From NCBI GenBank assembly GCA_009602735.1, contig WELA01001243.1, forward strand, positions 1-64,000: a DNA stretch of 64,000 bases. Direction: 5' to 3'. Of the stretch, positions 11,745 to 29,600 are shown piece after piece. The stretch is from Mesotaenium endlicherianum (lineage: Eukaryota). Position 1 is the first letter of the stretch. Each line of letters opens with the position of its first letter. The notes beneath the pieces were generated by a model. That model ran no database searches and was not told where the DNA came from. It was given only the letters and a program-made list of their open reading frames with translations. Position numbers and translations under genes: made by a program.

Positions 11745-14674
11745 CTAGGAAGCCTCTTGAGCCTCCAAAGGCATTGTGTTGCGGTCGTAGTTATATATGA
11801 AGTCATTAAGCGTCTCCCTGGTGTGGTGAGCCTGGTTATTCCCCTTAGTATAAGTAGCTGTAGCTGCCATTTGGTTGCCAACCACAATGGTAGCCGCTCG
11901 CGGCTTCCGCAGCGCCACAAACTCGGCCAGTGCCTCCCTGCCGCCCACATCCCCCATCACCAACGCCCCCAACACCGCCCGCAACAGGACGTCTCAAACC
12001 AGCGTGAGAGGTTGGACCACCCAACGCTGGCGACAGTCTCTCCTGTATAAAAAGAAACAAAGAAGGCTGGACGGCTGAATTCCAAGCGCACAGACAAGCA
12101 AAGCGCAAGCACAGCAGCCAAGCCACGCCAGGCTGGGCCAGGCCAAGCCACCCTGCGAGAATGTCATGGCAGGGGTGCGGGGGGAGAGGGGGGGGGGCTG
12201 CTCAGCACGCACTCGACGACCGCATGCTGGGACAGCTGGCGAGCGAGCTCCAACGCGTCCTCAAACGTCATGTTGGCGCCCTGCCCGATGGTGGGCGTCA
12301 CCGCATGTGCCGCGTCTGCCCCCCCCATTCAGCCGCATTCACAGGGGCACAGCAACATCCAGCCAAGAGTGACGGTATCAGGAGGTGCCCTCTCGGCTTC
12401 CGCCTCTGCAGCTGCAGCCCGCTAGCTTGGCAGGCCAAACCTCAGTCGACGCTTCGAGACACCCCTTGCACAGGACTGCATGACCAACTCGGAGCAACAG
12501 CAAATGACGTCTGTGATTGACGTGGACTGGTGGGTAACAGACAGTCGCTGAATGCCTGGTCCTGCGGAGGGTTTCCCCTCTCCCACAGATAATATAGCAC
12601 ACATAATATAGCATTGTACGAGCATGAGAAGATGGTCTCACACGGTCACGGGCAAGCGAGAGGACCTCGGACACTGTGCACACGAGAGAGTACAGGTGTG
12701 CCTTGGACGGAGAAGTCACCAGACCGAAAGCTGGCGACGAGGACCAAGAGCATGAGAGGGTGATGCTGAGTGGAGGAACTGATAGAGGCCAAAGAAGAGG
12801 ATATGTGTATCTGAGAGAGGGAGAAGGAGGAGATGAGAGGGAGAGCAAGGAAGGGGGAGCAGGGATGGGAGAGCGAGAGGAAGAGCTGGAGAGGGAGAGG
12901 GATTGCGGGAGAGGAAAAGGGAGAGATTGGAGGGGGGGCGGGGGGCGGGGGGGGAGAGGCGGAGAGGGGGGGAGAGTGACAAGGCCAACCTCCTATGAGC
13001 ACCATGCGGCCCTTGCGCCAGGCAGGCAGCTCGGGGAGGTCCGTCACCCGCCTCTCCAGGATATGCTCGGGATTCATCTCCTGCACCAGCTCTTCCCACA
13101 ACAAGTGCACATGATTCACTCGACTCGCACAGGGCAGCATACTGGCGGGTAATCTGGTGCCCCCACTGCCACGTCACCCTCTCCCCCACCCCCACCCCCA
13201 CCCCCACCCCGACCCCGACCCCGACTGCGACCCTGACCCCCAGTTCCACTCGCATCTGTCGCGCACAATCAGTCAAGCAAGACGGGCAGGAGGACACGCA
13301 CAAGCTCAAATGAACAAGGGAGAGCATGCAGCCCTGCCAGCTGGAGTGCGCGTGCGTTCACAAGTGCGGACGAGAAAACGCGCAGCAGCTTGCCTGCTGG
13401 CTGAAGCTGCATGGGGGGAGTCGGCCAACCGTTGACTGCCCAGAGCGTGACCCAGCAGCTGTCAAATAGCGAGGGAGAGAACGAGCAGCAACTGAAACCT
13501 GTGGCCAAGGCCACGACAAGGGGGTATGAGCACGCGCGCGGCGACAGACCTCGATGACGCGCGCGAAGACGGGCCAGTCCTTGTAGAACTCCAGCAGGCG
13601 CTCCTTCGTCTCCACGCCGTTTGCGGAGCGCTCCTTGGTGGCGCCCTGGGAGGCCTCGTCCGTGACGACGAAGCACGTGTACATGTTGCCCTCGCCGGGG
13701 TCGCTGCTGAGCACCACTTGTCCCTCTCCAAACGAAACTATGCTCGAAAGCGGCGGAAACTCCTGCAAGCAAAGGGGGGGGATATCTCAACAGTCAACAG
13801 AAGCAGACACCACAGCCATCGACTCGGACAGGGAGGCATGACAGAGAGCCCGATGAATTTCAAGGCAGGTGAAATCGCAGGAGGAAGAGGACGGGAGGGG
13901 GAGGGGGANNNNNNNNNNNNNNNNNNNNNNNNGGGCAGGGGGGGGGCGGGGGCGGGGGTGGGGAGGGAGAGGCGAAGGGCGAGGGTTGGGTTTTGGCCAG
14001 CACCTCGACTCCTGGAAGCCCCGGAGTCCTAGCCTCCACAACAAGAAGAGGTGGAAGTGCACACTCCCTAGCAGGCATCCCGAGAGCTCATCAGTCAGGG
14101 TCTGCGCGGGGGATTGCATGGTCATGAGCACGAGGGGGTCACGGCGTCAGACTTTCCTAATCAGGTGTCGCAAGCATGCTGCATGGCCGTCGTGACGGGC
14201 GCCTTGCCACTTCACTGACGGCCCATTGACCGCATGACACGGGATGCGTGGACTCGCGGGCAAACTCCCTCCCAGTTTCTCATCACACCCCACCCACACC
14301 ATTCCAGCAGAGCCCAGCCCAGCCCAGCCCAGCCCAGCCCAGCCCAGCCCAGCCCAGCCAACTCCACCCCTTCCATAGCCAAGGCAGCTCCTGCAAGACG
14401 CAATGCGGAGCTGAACAGGAGAAGAAAGGAATGGAGAGCGTGGTTGGTTGCATAGGCGGGGTGCGGAGGATGAACTCAAGAGAGGAGGTGGCAGCGAGGG
14501 GAGGAGAGGGGAGGGGGGAAGGCGCGGAGTGAGTGTGTACGTCAGCGTGGATGCGTGGCATGACGTTGAGCCACATGGTGCGCCCGTTGTCGCGCGGGTC
14601 CACGTTGTCGGCGCCCAAAATGACCCCGCGCAGCTTGGAGCGCACCCCGTCGGCGCCAATCACCACGCGGCCCT

Positions 14675-14707
<33 letters not shown>

Positions 14708-17216
14708 CGCACACCCACATGATGCGTTCAGCCTCATGCGAGCGTCATCTCCAGAGTGTTGTGTATGCTCGTGGGATTGTCCTTCACCCTGCCCCCTCTT
14801 GGTACAAACTCTTTGCCTATGGGTCACTTGGCCGGCCTGCCTGCCTGCCTGCCTGCCTGCATACGAGTGCGCATTTGTAGTGCCCGCGTGTGCGTCCAAG
14901 TGCCTGGACGACGCGTACAACGACGGGTGCACGTACTCACACGTGCAGCTCACTTTTGGAGTCAGAGTTGCCCCTGTAGTACAAGCGGCTGGAAAATGAG
15001 CAGCCGGCTACCTCACAGCTAGCGCCGCGCCCGTCGCCAGAGGTGCAGGGAGCCAACCCCCCATGGGAGGAGCGGCGCGGGCGAGCAAGCAAGTGCGCGG
15101 CTATTGATTCCGTATGACAACCTGACCCGGCAGTACCATGACGCTGACAAGGACCCCAAGGGGCTCTCTCCCTCGCTCCCTCCCTGCCTCCCTCTGCCGG
15201 GAGGCACTGGTGGCCACGCAAGTCTTCGGCAGTCCACTACCATTCATCTCTTCTTGGCAGGGCGCGTGTGAGTCAGGGCGCTGAGCAGCAGGGCTTGAGG
15301 CAGAGCTGATTGGGGATAAAGGTGGAGGGGGGGAGGGAGTGAATGCTGCAGGTTGACTTGATGCATGAGGTGCGTTTGGCACCGCTGAGCCAGCGGGGGG
15401 GCGGGCGGGCGGAAGAACGGGCAGGAGAACGCTCCCTCTCACCTTGACAGGAGTCTCCGCGCCGTCGGGGCCCTCAAGGAACACCCTCACACCGTCCTCC
15501 TCCTGTGCACAGCAGAGTGGAGGACGTGGTAACTTTAGAGGGCGGGGATTCAGAGAGTGCAGATAGTCACAGCATTTTTCACGGCACAGGTGAAACTCAA
15601 GGCGCGAATGGCGAGTGGCAGGAGAGATGCTTCCTGTCTCTGCAAAAGATACAAACAGCCCCCCCCCCCCNNNNNNNNNNNNNNNNNNNNNNNNNNNNNN
15701 NNNNNNNNNNNNNNNNNNNNNNNNNNNNNNNNNNNNNNNNNNNNNNNNNNNNNNNNNNNNNNNNNNNNNNNNNNNNNNNNNNNNNNNNNNNNNNNNNNNN
15801 NNNNNNNCCCCCCCCCCCTTCTCCCTGCAAGCCTCCATCAGAAGACGAAGGAAGAACACCCTCCTGTTCCCTCCCTTGCCCCCATGTCCGTAAAAAGGCC
15901 AACAGCGGAGGTACGGTGACGCCGCACACATGCTTCAACAGCCACAACTTCTTGATACTGACCAGTAGCCTCTTTGCACCATGGATCTAAGCAGCTGAAA
16001 GTCCAGTAATAGAACCACAACAAATCTCGCACTCCCTTTCGCAGGAAAATCAAGACGAGTATGCGATATACAAAGTCTCCTTTCAGCAGGCACAATGTTT
16101 GGAGGGAGGCAGCGTGAGTCAGCTCTGCATCTGCACCTCCTCCACTTTGCCGCCGAAAGTGTACCCAGTGTGAACGCAGTCGTCCGGCAGCAGCTCTCGG
16201 AACGTGTCGAGGATCCGCGACCACCGCACGCACACCATGGGCTCGCCGTACTGCTCCGCAAAGTCGACATGCGTCGCCTTGAGGACTTTTCCCTCCCTGT
16301 CGACGACGTTCGTGGTGGTGCACTTGGCACCCAGCTTGTAAAGCTGCCCACCAAGAAGTTGACACGTGGCATGCATGGTGCTTCTTTTAGGCGGAAGGAG
16401 GAGGGGAGAGAACCACCCTCCTCTAGAAGGAAGAAGTATCTCTGAGCTCGCCGGTAGAGATTCATGAATGCAGTTAATATGACAAAATGGTGATTCTGAT
16501 TGTTCATAACCCTCTGCTAACCTGGCCCTGCAAGCAACATCCTCTCAAAAGCTTGCTCCTCTTCAAAAGTTGTGCAAGGTAATGGATGTGTGATCGATAA
16601 AAAGGCAAGCTCCTATGATCCGAAGATGCTGACGTCTCTAAACCCTTCAACATATACGGTCCTTTTTTGAAGCCTAATTTTCAAGTTAGTTCGTTCCTCT
16701 TAAAGACCTTCTAGGGAATAATTGTCCAGATCACATACAAGGGCACATTGATCGACGGGGAACTTACTTTGTCAACTATGACAGGATTGATAGTCTTCAG
16801 GGATTTGATGCCATTGGGGAAAATTGAAATCAAGGTGCCCAAAGAGTCTCCCCTCGAAGTTTGCTTCTCATAAACCTGTGACGCAGACGTGGAACACCCG
16901 GCAAATGCTTTAGCTTCCCAAAGCACCTCCACGGATAGTTGCAACCCTCAAGGAAATGAAGAAAAATTGCCCCAACTATTTGCAAATCAAAATAGTGGAG
17001 ACAACTCAGCAAAGGTTTGTTAAATATGTAATGAGATTACGTCGTTACTCCGACCGACCAAAGTGCTTCTCTTGTACTCCGTCTTTATTAAGGCTACCCG
17101 TAGCTGTTGACGAGGTGTACCTGAGCATCAATTCCAACTTTTCGAAGGGCAATAGCAGATAGTAAACCGCCTAGACCACCTCCGAGGATAATCGCAGGAA
17201 GTTCAGCTTCACCCAT
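11745..17216 (-). CDS. FAD-dependent monooxygenase (UbiH/zeaxanthin epoxidase/salicylate hydroxylase superfamily), about 9 exons
   Basis: Exon 1 (17121-17216) MGEAELPAIILGGGLGGLL (GxGxxG); VYEK..ISIFPNG (16768-16875); VIGADGVRSKLR (~14.6 kb); WRKGRMVLIG|DAAHAVTPTIGQGANMTFEDALEL (~13.0/12.3 kb); last exon ends at 11745. GT-AG boundaries seen. Confidence 0.88.
14313..14358. repeat. (CCCAG)n pentanucleotide microsatellite in an intron
   Basis: About 9 direct CCCAG units. Confidence 0.9.
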
Positions 17217-18349
17217 CGTACAGTGCTTCGTTACACACAAAATATTTGTTTTGAGGAAAATACCGGAAAGAGCTGTCAGATATATACAGCAGAATGCAAT
17301 GGTGCAACGAGAATGAAGCCGAGCATAAAAGCCTCTTTACACCATCCATGCAGTTCGTGCTTCTCGGAGCACATATAGACGCAGCATTGACTTCATTCGA
17401 CCACACTCGATATCAAGTACCATCGTGTTCCAGCTTCGTCATCCATGCGTGTTGCAACTTGGCACGCATATAAGGAAGCCACTCTGTCACAGTGGATCCC
17501 ACTCGTTCCCAACTTTGCTGAGCAGCTTTCATCGACAGAAGCAAATGTCATTGATCAGTTAAAGCCAGTTAAAGCCCCCCTTCTCGCCTTTGGCCTTGCG
17601 GGCAGAAGTGCCCCAGAATCCAATCAACCGACAAAAAACGCACATATTTGCACACAATTGCACATATAGAATTTAGGGCACCAATTTGCATTAAGCGACA
17701 GTCGAGTACTTCATTTTCAAGAATGTGACTCAGACGGACTTCGTTGCTTATATGCTCCTTCGTATGCTACACCTTAAAAACAGAGAGCGAATCCGACAGG
17801 CAGCACTGAGGGCTTGAAAATGCTCCAAGTGGCTGTTTCTCATTATCTCGACCTTCATCGATGACTTTACGCACGTAATGCATATCAGTTGCCATTCGCC
17901 AATCATGAGCTGTGTACCTCATGGACTGTTGTGGACTATCGTGGACTCTAAACACCGCAAAGTAGATCCACTTTTGGCCAGTCATTCTTGCTCACATATG
18001 TTGAGAATTTCTTGTCGTTCAAACTCAAGTTCTTGGCCTTAAATTGTGACCTCGTGCATGGTGGAAATGCTTCTGAATTTTGTGCCTACGCTCACGTGCA
18101 AATCCGGCTGCTGAGTGAGCAAATTATAGTTGTTTCTCTTTAGAAAGTTGAATTGGCGTAAGGTGGCGCTTATCGTTACACTTTGCATGGTGACTTACAA
18201 GAATTTCGGTCTTCTTAAGTCGTAATCTTCGCTAGGAGCTATTCTTACAGTGTCTTTTAGTGTCTCACTGTAGGTCGAACAGGACTTGACTAAGATGCAA
18301 TAACCTCCTCAGATCATTTCTTGAGAAGGACAAACATAGAGCAGAGAAT

Positions 18350-20971
18350 ATGGCCATACCAAACTCGGGAGAATCTGCACCGATGAGGCTTTTCCATATG
18401 CTGAAGAACTTTCTCCAGTCCCTGTTTATCTACCTATACGGTCGCTATTACAATGACTACATGTCTGATCGAGCACCGGTGAGTATTTAGCTAGGGCGGT
18501 TAGTTACATTCTATAAGGGCCGTGCAATGCATCTTTCCTTTGAGTCAGGAATGGCCTGCTCTGGTACAGTCTCGAACGCAAGCCTTAGTGAGATGTTGTC
18601 GAGCAAGCAGCGGTGTAAGGCTGCTGTACAGAATTACTCAAAACCTGGCTGTGGAAGTACGTTGTGGACTTCTAGGAACCTGTTTTGTGACTGCAGACAG
18701 CCCATCCTGGGGATTGCATTATCATACAAAGTGGGTGGCGTTGGTGAGATTTAGACCGCATGGCTAGGTATTGAATGCCAGTCTTCTGTCACATGGCGTC
18801 CTTGTAGGTCCTGAAGCCCATCAAGGAGAGGCCAGGTGTGAACGAGGCCCTGTTGGTCATTCTTCCTGGGGCCTTCACAAAGCCAGAGGCCTATCTGGCA
18901 CTGGCCCACACGATACAGGAGGCTAGCAAGCTCAGGCTCTGGGTTTGCATCATCAACTTCACTCGTGACATACCAAATTCGTTGGAAATTAGACAGCGTT
19001 ACGACAAATTGCTGGGGAGGGTCAAGAAGATGGGATTCGGAGCTGGTGGTCCTGATTCCACCAAAGTGTACTTCGCTGGCCACAGGTGAACTCCTTCTCT
19101 GATGTCTCTGGCCTTCATACGTTGCTGGGGAAACACTGCACTTGTGTCATTAACTTCCCCTGCAGAAAGCTAATGGCAGTGAGTGGAAGAGCAATGGCAT
19201 ACTCGTGCAGCTCTATGAAGCGTCAGTTTCTGTCAAACCTGTATAGGTAGTGGTGGGGTGATTGCAAGTCTCGGTGGGCAAGGTGTGCCACCGCGCAAGT
19301 GCAAGCTGCTGAATGTGACTCAATGGATGTGTGTCTTGTGATGAGGGATGAGCAGCCTCGGAGTGCTGCAGGGGCGCAGCCCAGCCCTCCATCTGGCAGA
19401 TGGCTTTATCCAGATGGCAGGCTTCTTCGACCAAAAGTACGACAACCTGGCCCAGTACCCCAAGCCCGTGCTCACCCTGGGGGGGGAGCTGGACGGGCAG
19501 ATCCCCCCGACAGTCATGGCGAGGCACGCTGGCGAGGTCTTTGCGGTGGAGGCCCAGCTAGGGCGGGCCAACACAGTTGCGCAGAAGCCGGTGGTGGTCG
19601 TCGAGGGCATGAACCACTGCCAGTTCTCCCACGGGGTACCCAACAGGAAGCGCGGCGACTTCGACCCCGAGGTGCCCATCGAGCAGGCCCGAAGGGAAGT
19701 CGCGGAGGTGGTGGCGGCGTTCCTGGAGCTGCAGGTGGCCGGCAGGGAGGCGGGGCCAGAGGGGCGGCAGGCGTGGGCGGCGCTGGAGGCGACCGTGAGC
19801 AAGACGGAGCGCGACTACCGCGCCTTCTGGGAGGCGTGCCTGCAGGAGACCCACGGGTGCTCCCACTACCAGGTGCCGTGCCCCGCCGTTCTCCTCCCCC
19901 TCTCTCCCGCCGCCCTGCGTTGGGCGTATCCCGCTGTTAGATTGACTGGCGCGATGCCCTGTTCATCTTTGGGAGCCTCCTTAGTGCACGTCTCAAGACT
20001 TGTTGAGTATATTTCCATTCTTAAGGTGCTTTTTGCATGCAAGTCTGTCGCATGGCCACGTTCGTCTCGGACAAACAAGCCCCCCTCATATCCAGCTGTT
20101 GCGGTCCGATTGGGCTGCACTCCCTCCCCAGCATCTTGATGTCCATGTTATTTCGCTCCTCTCTATACAAGCACCTCGCCACAACTCCCTTGTGCTCTGG
20201 ACAAGCCCCAGCCTTTTTCACCGACGGCTCGTCTCCTGTCTCTCGCAGGTGGAACTGCTGGAGGCTGCCGGGGTAGCGCTTAAGAAGGAGGTGAACGTGG
20301 AGGCTGTCTGGCACGACTTCCACGATAACTTTGTCTTCTCCAAGCCGGCGATCACGAGAGAGGAGGGGAAGAAGATCTACATGCAGGTCCACAGGAAGCG
20401 GCAGGGGAAGTACCAGCTGACTAGCACCCTGTGGATCAAGATGAAGAGCGCTGAGGCTGTGGCGGCTGCGGGCTTGGGCGACGTGTCTGAGAGGAAGACT
20501 GAGAACAAGCCACGCCCCTCTGAAGCGGAAGTGGCGAGCACGTACGGTGCATCTTATGAGCGTGCTGCTGCTGCAGCATCGTCTGGGCATAGCTCCGGAC
20601 CTGTCAAGGAGTCCGCTCCTCGGAGTGCCTTCAGGCACTTGTTTAACAACGTAACATTGGGCCTAGGCGCGCAGTGGAACGAGGCAAATTTCAAGCAGGC
20701 GTTGTCGCTGGTTCCTGAGACGGCGAGGAGACGGTTTGAAAGGCGCGGCAAGAAGCCGAGGTTTGGCATGGACAAGCCGCACTTTAAGCCGCCTGAGTGG
20801 GTGGCGTCTGAAGTACAGTTTGATGACAAGGGAGGAGGAGTTGTGGAGATTGTGTCTCCAATTTTGATCACACCAGTAGACTTCAAGCCAAGGTTTGCTG
20901 GCATGCATTATGTGAAGATCTGGAGTGTCGCCAGAGCCATGGAGTGGATCATGGTAGACAGTCTCACATAG
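18350..20971 (+). CDS. Alpha/beta hydrolase-fold protein (Abhydrolase_5-like), about 4 exons
   Basis: Exons ~18350-18478, 18808-19085, ~19355-19872, ~20249-20971. VILPGA oxyanion region, GHS|LG nucleophile elbow formed across the splice, LGGELDG, GMNHCQF. The first exon is less certain. Confidence 0.72.
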
Positions 20972-21608
20972 AGTCAAGTATGTCCCTATGACAGGTAGGG
21001 AGCTGTTATGGGTGATCAGCCAGGTAGTGGGAGATGTTGCCTGATAGGAGATTGTGCAAAGTGTGCTCTAGGCTTATTTGATTTGCACAGTTTTATGATG
21101 GCCATATAACGCCCAAGTGCTGTTTTGAACTGCTCCACTTCCCATTTCAGGTCCTAGCTTCGACATGAAGATTTGGAGCGATTTTCTGTTATCCTAGGTA
21201 TGTTAGCAGATTCTGAAGTGTAGATAGTGGTATGTTGATATGGGGATGTAGTAAGAAACATTCTCATCTGGACTGCTCCATGTTAATTCAATATTGGTGT
21301 TTGATTTCTTCTATTTTGATGGCGAGTTAAATCAATCAAGAAGGTATACGCAAAAAATGCATGCATGAATTAGCCAGAAAGTAGAGACAGGTCCTGTGAA
21401 GTACATACACATTAGGTGGACAGTGCACAAACCGAAATGTTAAAGAGGGTGGTTGCAAGCTTTACATACAACCAGGAGGGCAAGCCCAGCCTTCCTCTGC
21501 AAAAAGTCGCTTTGTAAGCACTTGCTTTCACAGTGCCTGTCTCGACGGGCTCTGCAATACATCCATAATATACATCCATACAAACATATTGAAATAGCTT
21601 TGCATGAA

Positions 21609-25057
<3,449 letters not shown>

Positions 25058-26643
25058 TTCTAGAAATGATCTGCCCAGTTTGAAATACAAGATACTCTTC
25101 CAGACCAGTCGCCACTTAAGACAAAGACATCAGATAAAGGAGAGGTCACGCAAAAAGGGACGACATTACAAGGAGAGGCTTATCTCGAAGATTGATGCCA
25201 GAGCAATCTATCGCCTGACTGAGCACTTAATAGTTTCAGAAGAGACTTGGCATCGTGGTACAGATACGAGCACCCTAACCTTTCTCAATAGCTTGGCATT
25301 TCTAAGTATCTATATCTTCGACGAGCACATAGTGCAAGGCAAGTTATCAGTGGTTCAATTGTCCTTGCTTGGAACACATGGTCTTTACGAACACCAATTC
25401 GTCCTCTTGCATCTCTGGGTGCATACATTGGCCCCTTGCATGCACTTGCATGTGCTTGCAGGGAACCCTTGCCTTGTATCCGCCTACGACCTTCGTCCAC
25501 TTGGCAAGGTTTTTATTAATATTACCGCTGACTTTTCTTGACAAGGACGTTGAACGTCGTGCTCACTTCAGTTGTATTGCGCCCAATTGCGCCCAATTGC
25601 GCCTCTCTGCGCCTCTCTGTTGCTCGCCGTCGTCAATATCCGTCCTCACAAGTCATAGCTGGTCATCAGCAGCTGACCACCCTGCCACCACCCGCCATCT
25701 CCCGCTTTTAGGAGTTGATTCATCGTTACTCCCAGTTACTCCAAGTAAACATCTCGAGGAGGTGCGAGGACTGGCGAGGAATGGCGAAGATAAAAGTCAG
25801 GAGGTTCTAAAGGTCAAAGCCAGTCTAAGCGTAATCGACTGCACCGGTCTACCCCGGTCAATCTCGCTGGAGCCTGGCACTACACATGAATGACACGTTG
25901 TGTCGCGTCGTAGTGCTTCGGGTTTGTTCGTGGTGTTTGTACACCCCTCTCTCCGCACCGGTTATATCGAAAGCAACTTGCAGGATTATGCCAAACAAGC
26001 ATATGAATATGCTTCCTGGCTGAAGAAACGAAGTGGATGGAAGTTATATAGCCATCCTTGAGTGATGAAGTGAAGGGCCCTCAATGTTCGATGATACTCT
26101 GGCACCAGTTAGATCTTCTACGTTGGAACACGTATCAAATCGTGAAAAGGTTGTCTCGTTCACCTGGCATCGTAACAGTTTACGCTCAAATCAAGTTTGC
26201 TGTAAACAATGCTGCAGCGCACAAAGTAAGATTGAGGCATTACCGTATACGCAGCTTATCCATTATCGCTAATGGGAGTTGCAAAACTATGTAGTGCTAT
26301 ATTCCTGCTACAAAAGACAGATTCGCTCCACAGCATTAATTTTCAGTAAGTGCAGTCTGACCCCTGGCAAGAAAGGTTTCCTTTCTCCTGAGAATAGTGT
26401 CAAGCTTCGGACAATTTAGTGGAAATGCTTGGCCCGGAATTTCACTGGCTACTGTGTGATAATAGGTGTATACTGAGTGATGCACGAATAGAATTCGCTA
26501 CCAGGTTACCACATGTAGTAGTAACCCATTCAGGTTCAAGCTTGAGGCTACTCAACGTCAGAAGTCTGCTGCCCCTTTCAAGCTTTACTCTTTATGCAAT
26601 ACTGAGGTAGCCCTTCTCTGGAAGGAGGTGTTGTTTCTACAGT

Positions 26644-29600
26644 ATGAAGTCTGTGCTTACTTTAGTAATCTTGTCCCTGGTCACACAGTCCAGCAATGCA
26701 GAGTGTAGAGAACCTACAGACTGGTCGGATCGAACAATTTACCAGCTTCTTGTAGACCGCTTTTCAACAGACAGCGGTACTAATGGCTCCTGTCCTTTGA
26801 CTGGGCCCCTTAACAACAAATATTGTGGAGGTACATTTAAGGGGATTATTGACCACTTGGACTACGTTGCTGACATGGGCTTTGATGCAATTTGGATCTC
26901 ACCTGTAACAGAAAATGTGGAGGGTGGCTATCACGGGTATTGGCCAAAGGACCTGTACCGAGTAAATCAACATTACAGTTCTGATGGAAGTGCAGACACA
27001 GCAGCGAACAACCTTAAGGAGTTGGTGGCGGCTGCACATGCGAGGTATTTATACATCCCTTGCCATTACAAAATGTGCTTATGTAACAATCTATGTACCA
27101 TATGAGTTCGTCTGGTTCAATATTTATGAGCAACTTTTGAGCTGAAGGAGCAACTGAATTGATTGCAACACAGAGTTAGCTGTCAACTTCTGTCCACTTC
27201 ATGCATTGAGAATTACAAGCTTCAGTTATGACAAGTATGCATCTTTCAAACACAGATCATATCCTGACCAAAGTTACATTTATATTTCCAGAAATATATG
27301 GATCATGCTGGACGTGGTACCCAATCATATGGGAGGCCCTTCTGTGACGTACATTGATAATTACACGTTATTCAGACCATTTGACAAGAAGGAGCATTAT
27401 CATGATTACGTATGTGGAACAGATCTCTGCATTCAGGAGTCTGGTGACTATTTTTGCACCATTCCAAAGGATGCTTACATCATTGACGAAGCCAACTGTC
27501 AGGTGAGGGTGGGGTAAGGCTAAAGGTGCTAGTTTGTTTGGAGGACGATCTGGCAGGTTCTCTACAGAGATCTAGTGCCACGATTGCAGCTGTTGTATTG
27601 ATCCTTCTATCATGAAAACAAGCTGTCTTTACCCTTCATAGCATCATCAGCACTCCACTGCTGGGTGTCTTTAATGCGCTCTTGCAGACATCAGATAAAG
27701 ACTTCAAATAAGTCACCACCCTATACTTCAAACTCGTGCAACATGTGTATCATATAACTCATGTTACATGTGGTTGCCAGCATTGATTGATGTCCTACAT
27801 TGCCTCTCTGAACCAAAATAGATGAAGAAGAGGGTTAATCCACAGTCCTGTACATCCTGCTACCAATGATGATGGTATCATCATTGGTACTATGGATGTA
27901 AGAAAATTTGAAATAATCTCAGCCCCCTTGTCTTTATTTTCCAGGCGTCTTCACAAGATGCTGTGGAGCTGTGCCGAGAAGCACCTGGACTATTTGATCT
28001 TGATCAGTCCAACCAGTTTGTTCGTGAGAACCTCACCTACTGGGTAGACTGGGTCACAAAAGTAAGCTTTTTATAAAGTATTTCCTTGACTTTGATGCAC
28101 TTACGTACTGCAAGTTGCAATCCATCCAAGACATATGTCTTGTACAATTTCGTAAATAGTTAGTGACACAATATCAATATCTGTACTGCTACTGCTCCTT
28201 CTTTTCTACTGACTACTACAACCGGTAAGCACAATGTGGTCTTCGTACCACCTGAACTTGCGTAAATTGTAAATTCTTGAGCAGGAGTTCCAAATCGACG
28301 GCATCAGAGCAGACTCTATGAAACACATTAACCTTGACTTCTGGCAAGAATTTAGGGCAGCAACAAACTGCTATCTCATTGGCGAGGTCCTTGCGGATCA
28401 TTTTCCTTGCTATGTGGCTAACTACCAAGAACAGGTATGCCTTAAGAGCCACTGGCATTTTTCGTGAGTTTGATGCTTGAAAGTCTTTGCAGGTACTGGC
28501 AATGCATCTGACAGAGATGTACAAATGAAATGCCTAGACATATTCATAAAAGGTCAAGCTTGAACCTTACAAAATGAGTGTTAGTCACTGGTGTACAATT
28601 GTTGAATGGTCTACATACAAGTGGGGATTGGATATTCAAAGTCTCAGGATACTTAGTGCTCCAATGCCTAGCTAGAGCGAATGTCAGCAATGTTCATATC
28701 ATCATTCTGGGAGGGAAGTGATATTAAGCTGTTTAGACATGAGACACATGTACGCTATTGAAGGAAGTGTGCTTGGTATTAGTGGTTGTTCCAAGAGAAG
28801 AGAAGTGCCAGCTCCTTCCAAAGTAGTTTGTCAAGAAGAAAGAAGTGCTTGACTCAGTATCTATTTTGGTTTGCAGGTTTCATTCCTATGGTCAAAGAAC
28901 GGTTCTACTTTTCCTGTTCTATATTATGAATCTCACATCACAAACATAGTCGATGGCAGTCAAGCAGGTTTTCTTACAGAACATGAGGCAGTTTTTGAGT
29001 TGGAGTGCAGTAACCAGGTTGTTGCAATGTACTGCAAATAAGAGCCATACATCGAGCTAGGACGTGGGAAGAGTGTGGACCTTAACTTCTCCTTTTTCAA
29101 GGTTGAGGCCTTCTCTAAAATATCTCTTCTTATTATTGGTTCCTCTCACCACATTTTGCAGGGGGCAGCAGATGGGCTACTTTCTTACCCTCTGGCAAAC
29201 ACTCTCCGATCCGTGTTTGGAGGTAGTGAAGACATGCGCCAGCTGTCAGATATGGTGCAAGACTACAAGGACAATTTTGCTGACTTGAGCGTACTTGGGA
29301 CGTTCTTGGACAACCATGACCTCAGCCGATTTGGAAGTTTGAATGGAGACTTGAAGGCAGCTGAAAGTGCACTTTTGTATGTGCTCTTTAGCATTGGCAT
29401 CCCCATCGTGTACTATGGGACCGAGCAGAGCTACTCTGGAACGTAAGAACTCCCTGCCCACGTAGCTTTCGGCTCCTGGAGGCATTTGTCCCCCTCCTGC
29501 TTTAAGTGGTACAATAAGTGCAGATTGTTGTACTCGCAGTTTTTCATGCAGAAATAGCGACCCTCTCCTGATTTTGCGTGGTTATTTACTTCCTCATTGG

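Noticed and set aside
12100..16000. Many overlapping long ORFs and poly-G/C, CAG and CCTG runs
   Set aside because: GC-rich low-complexity introns of the monooxygenase gene with N gaps; only the short exons carry recognisable motifs.
25250..25900. Short ORFs upstream of COQ5 (VPCKHM, SWIM-like word)
   Set aside because: Too short, stop-interrupted and without supporting transposase motifs.
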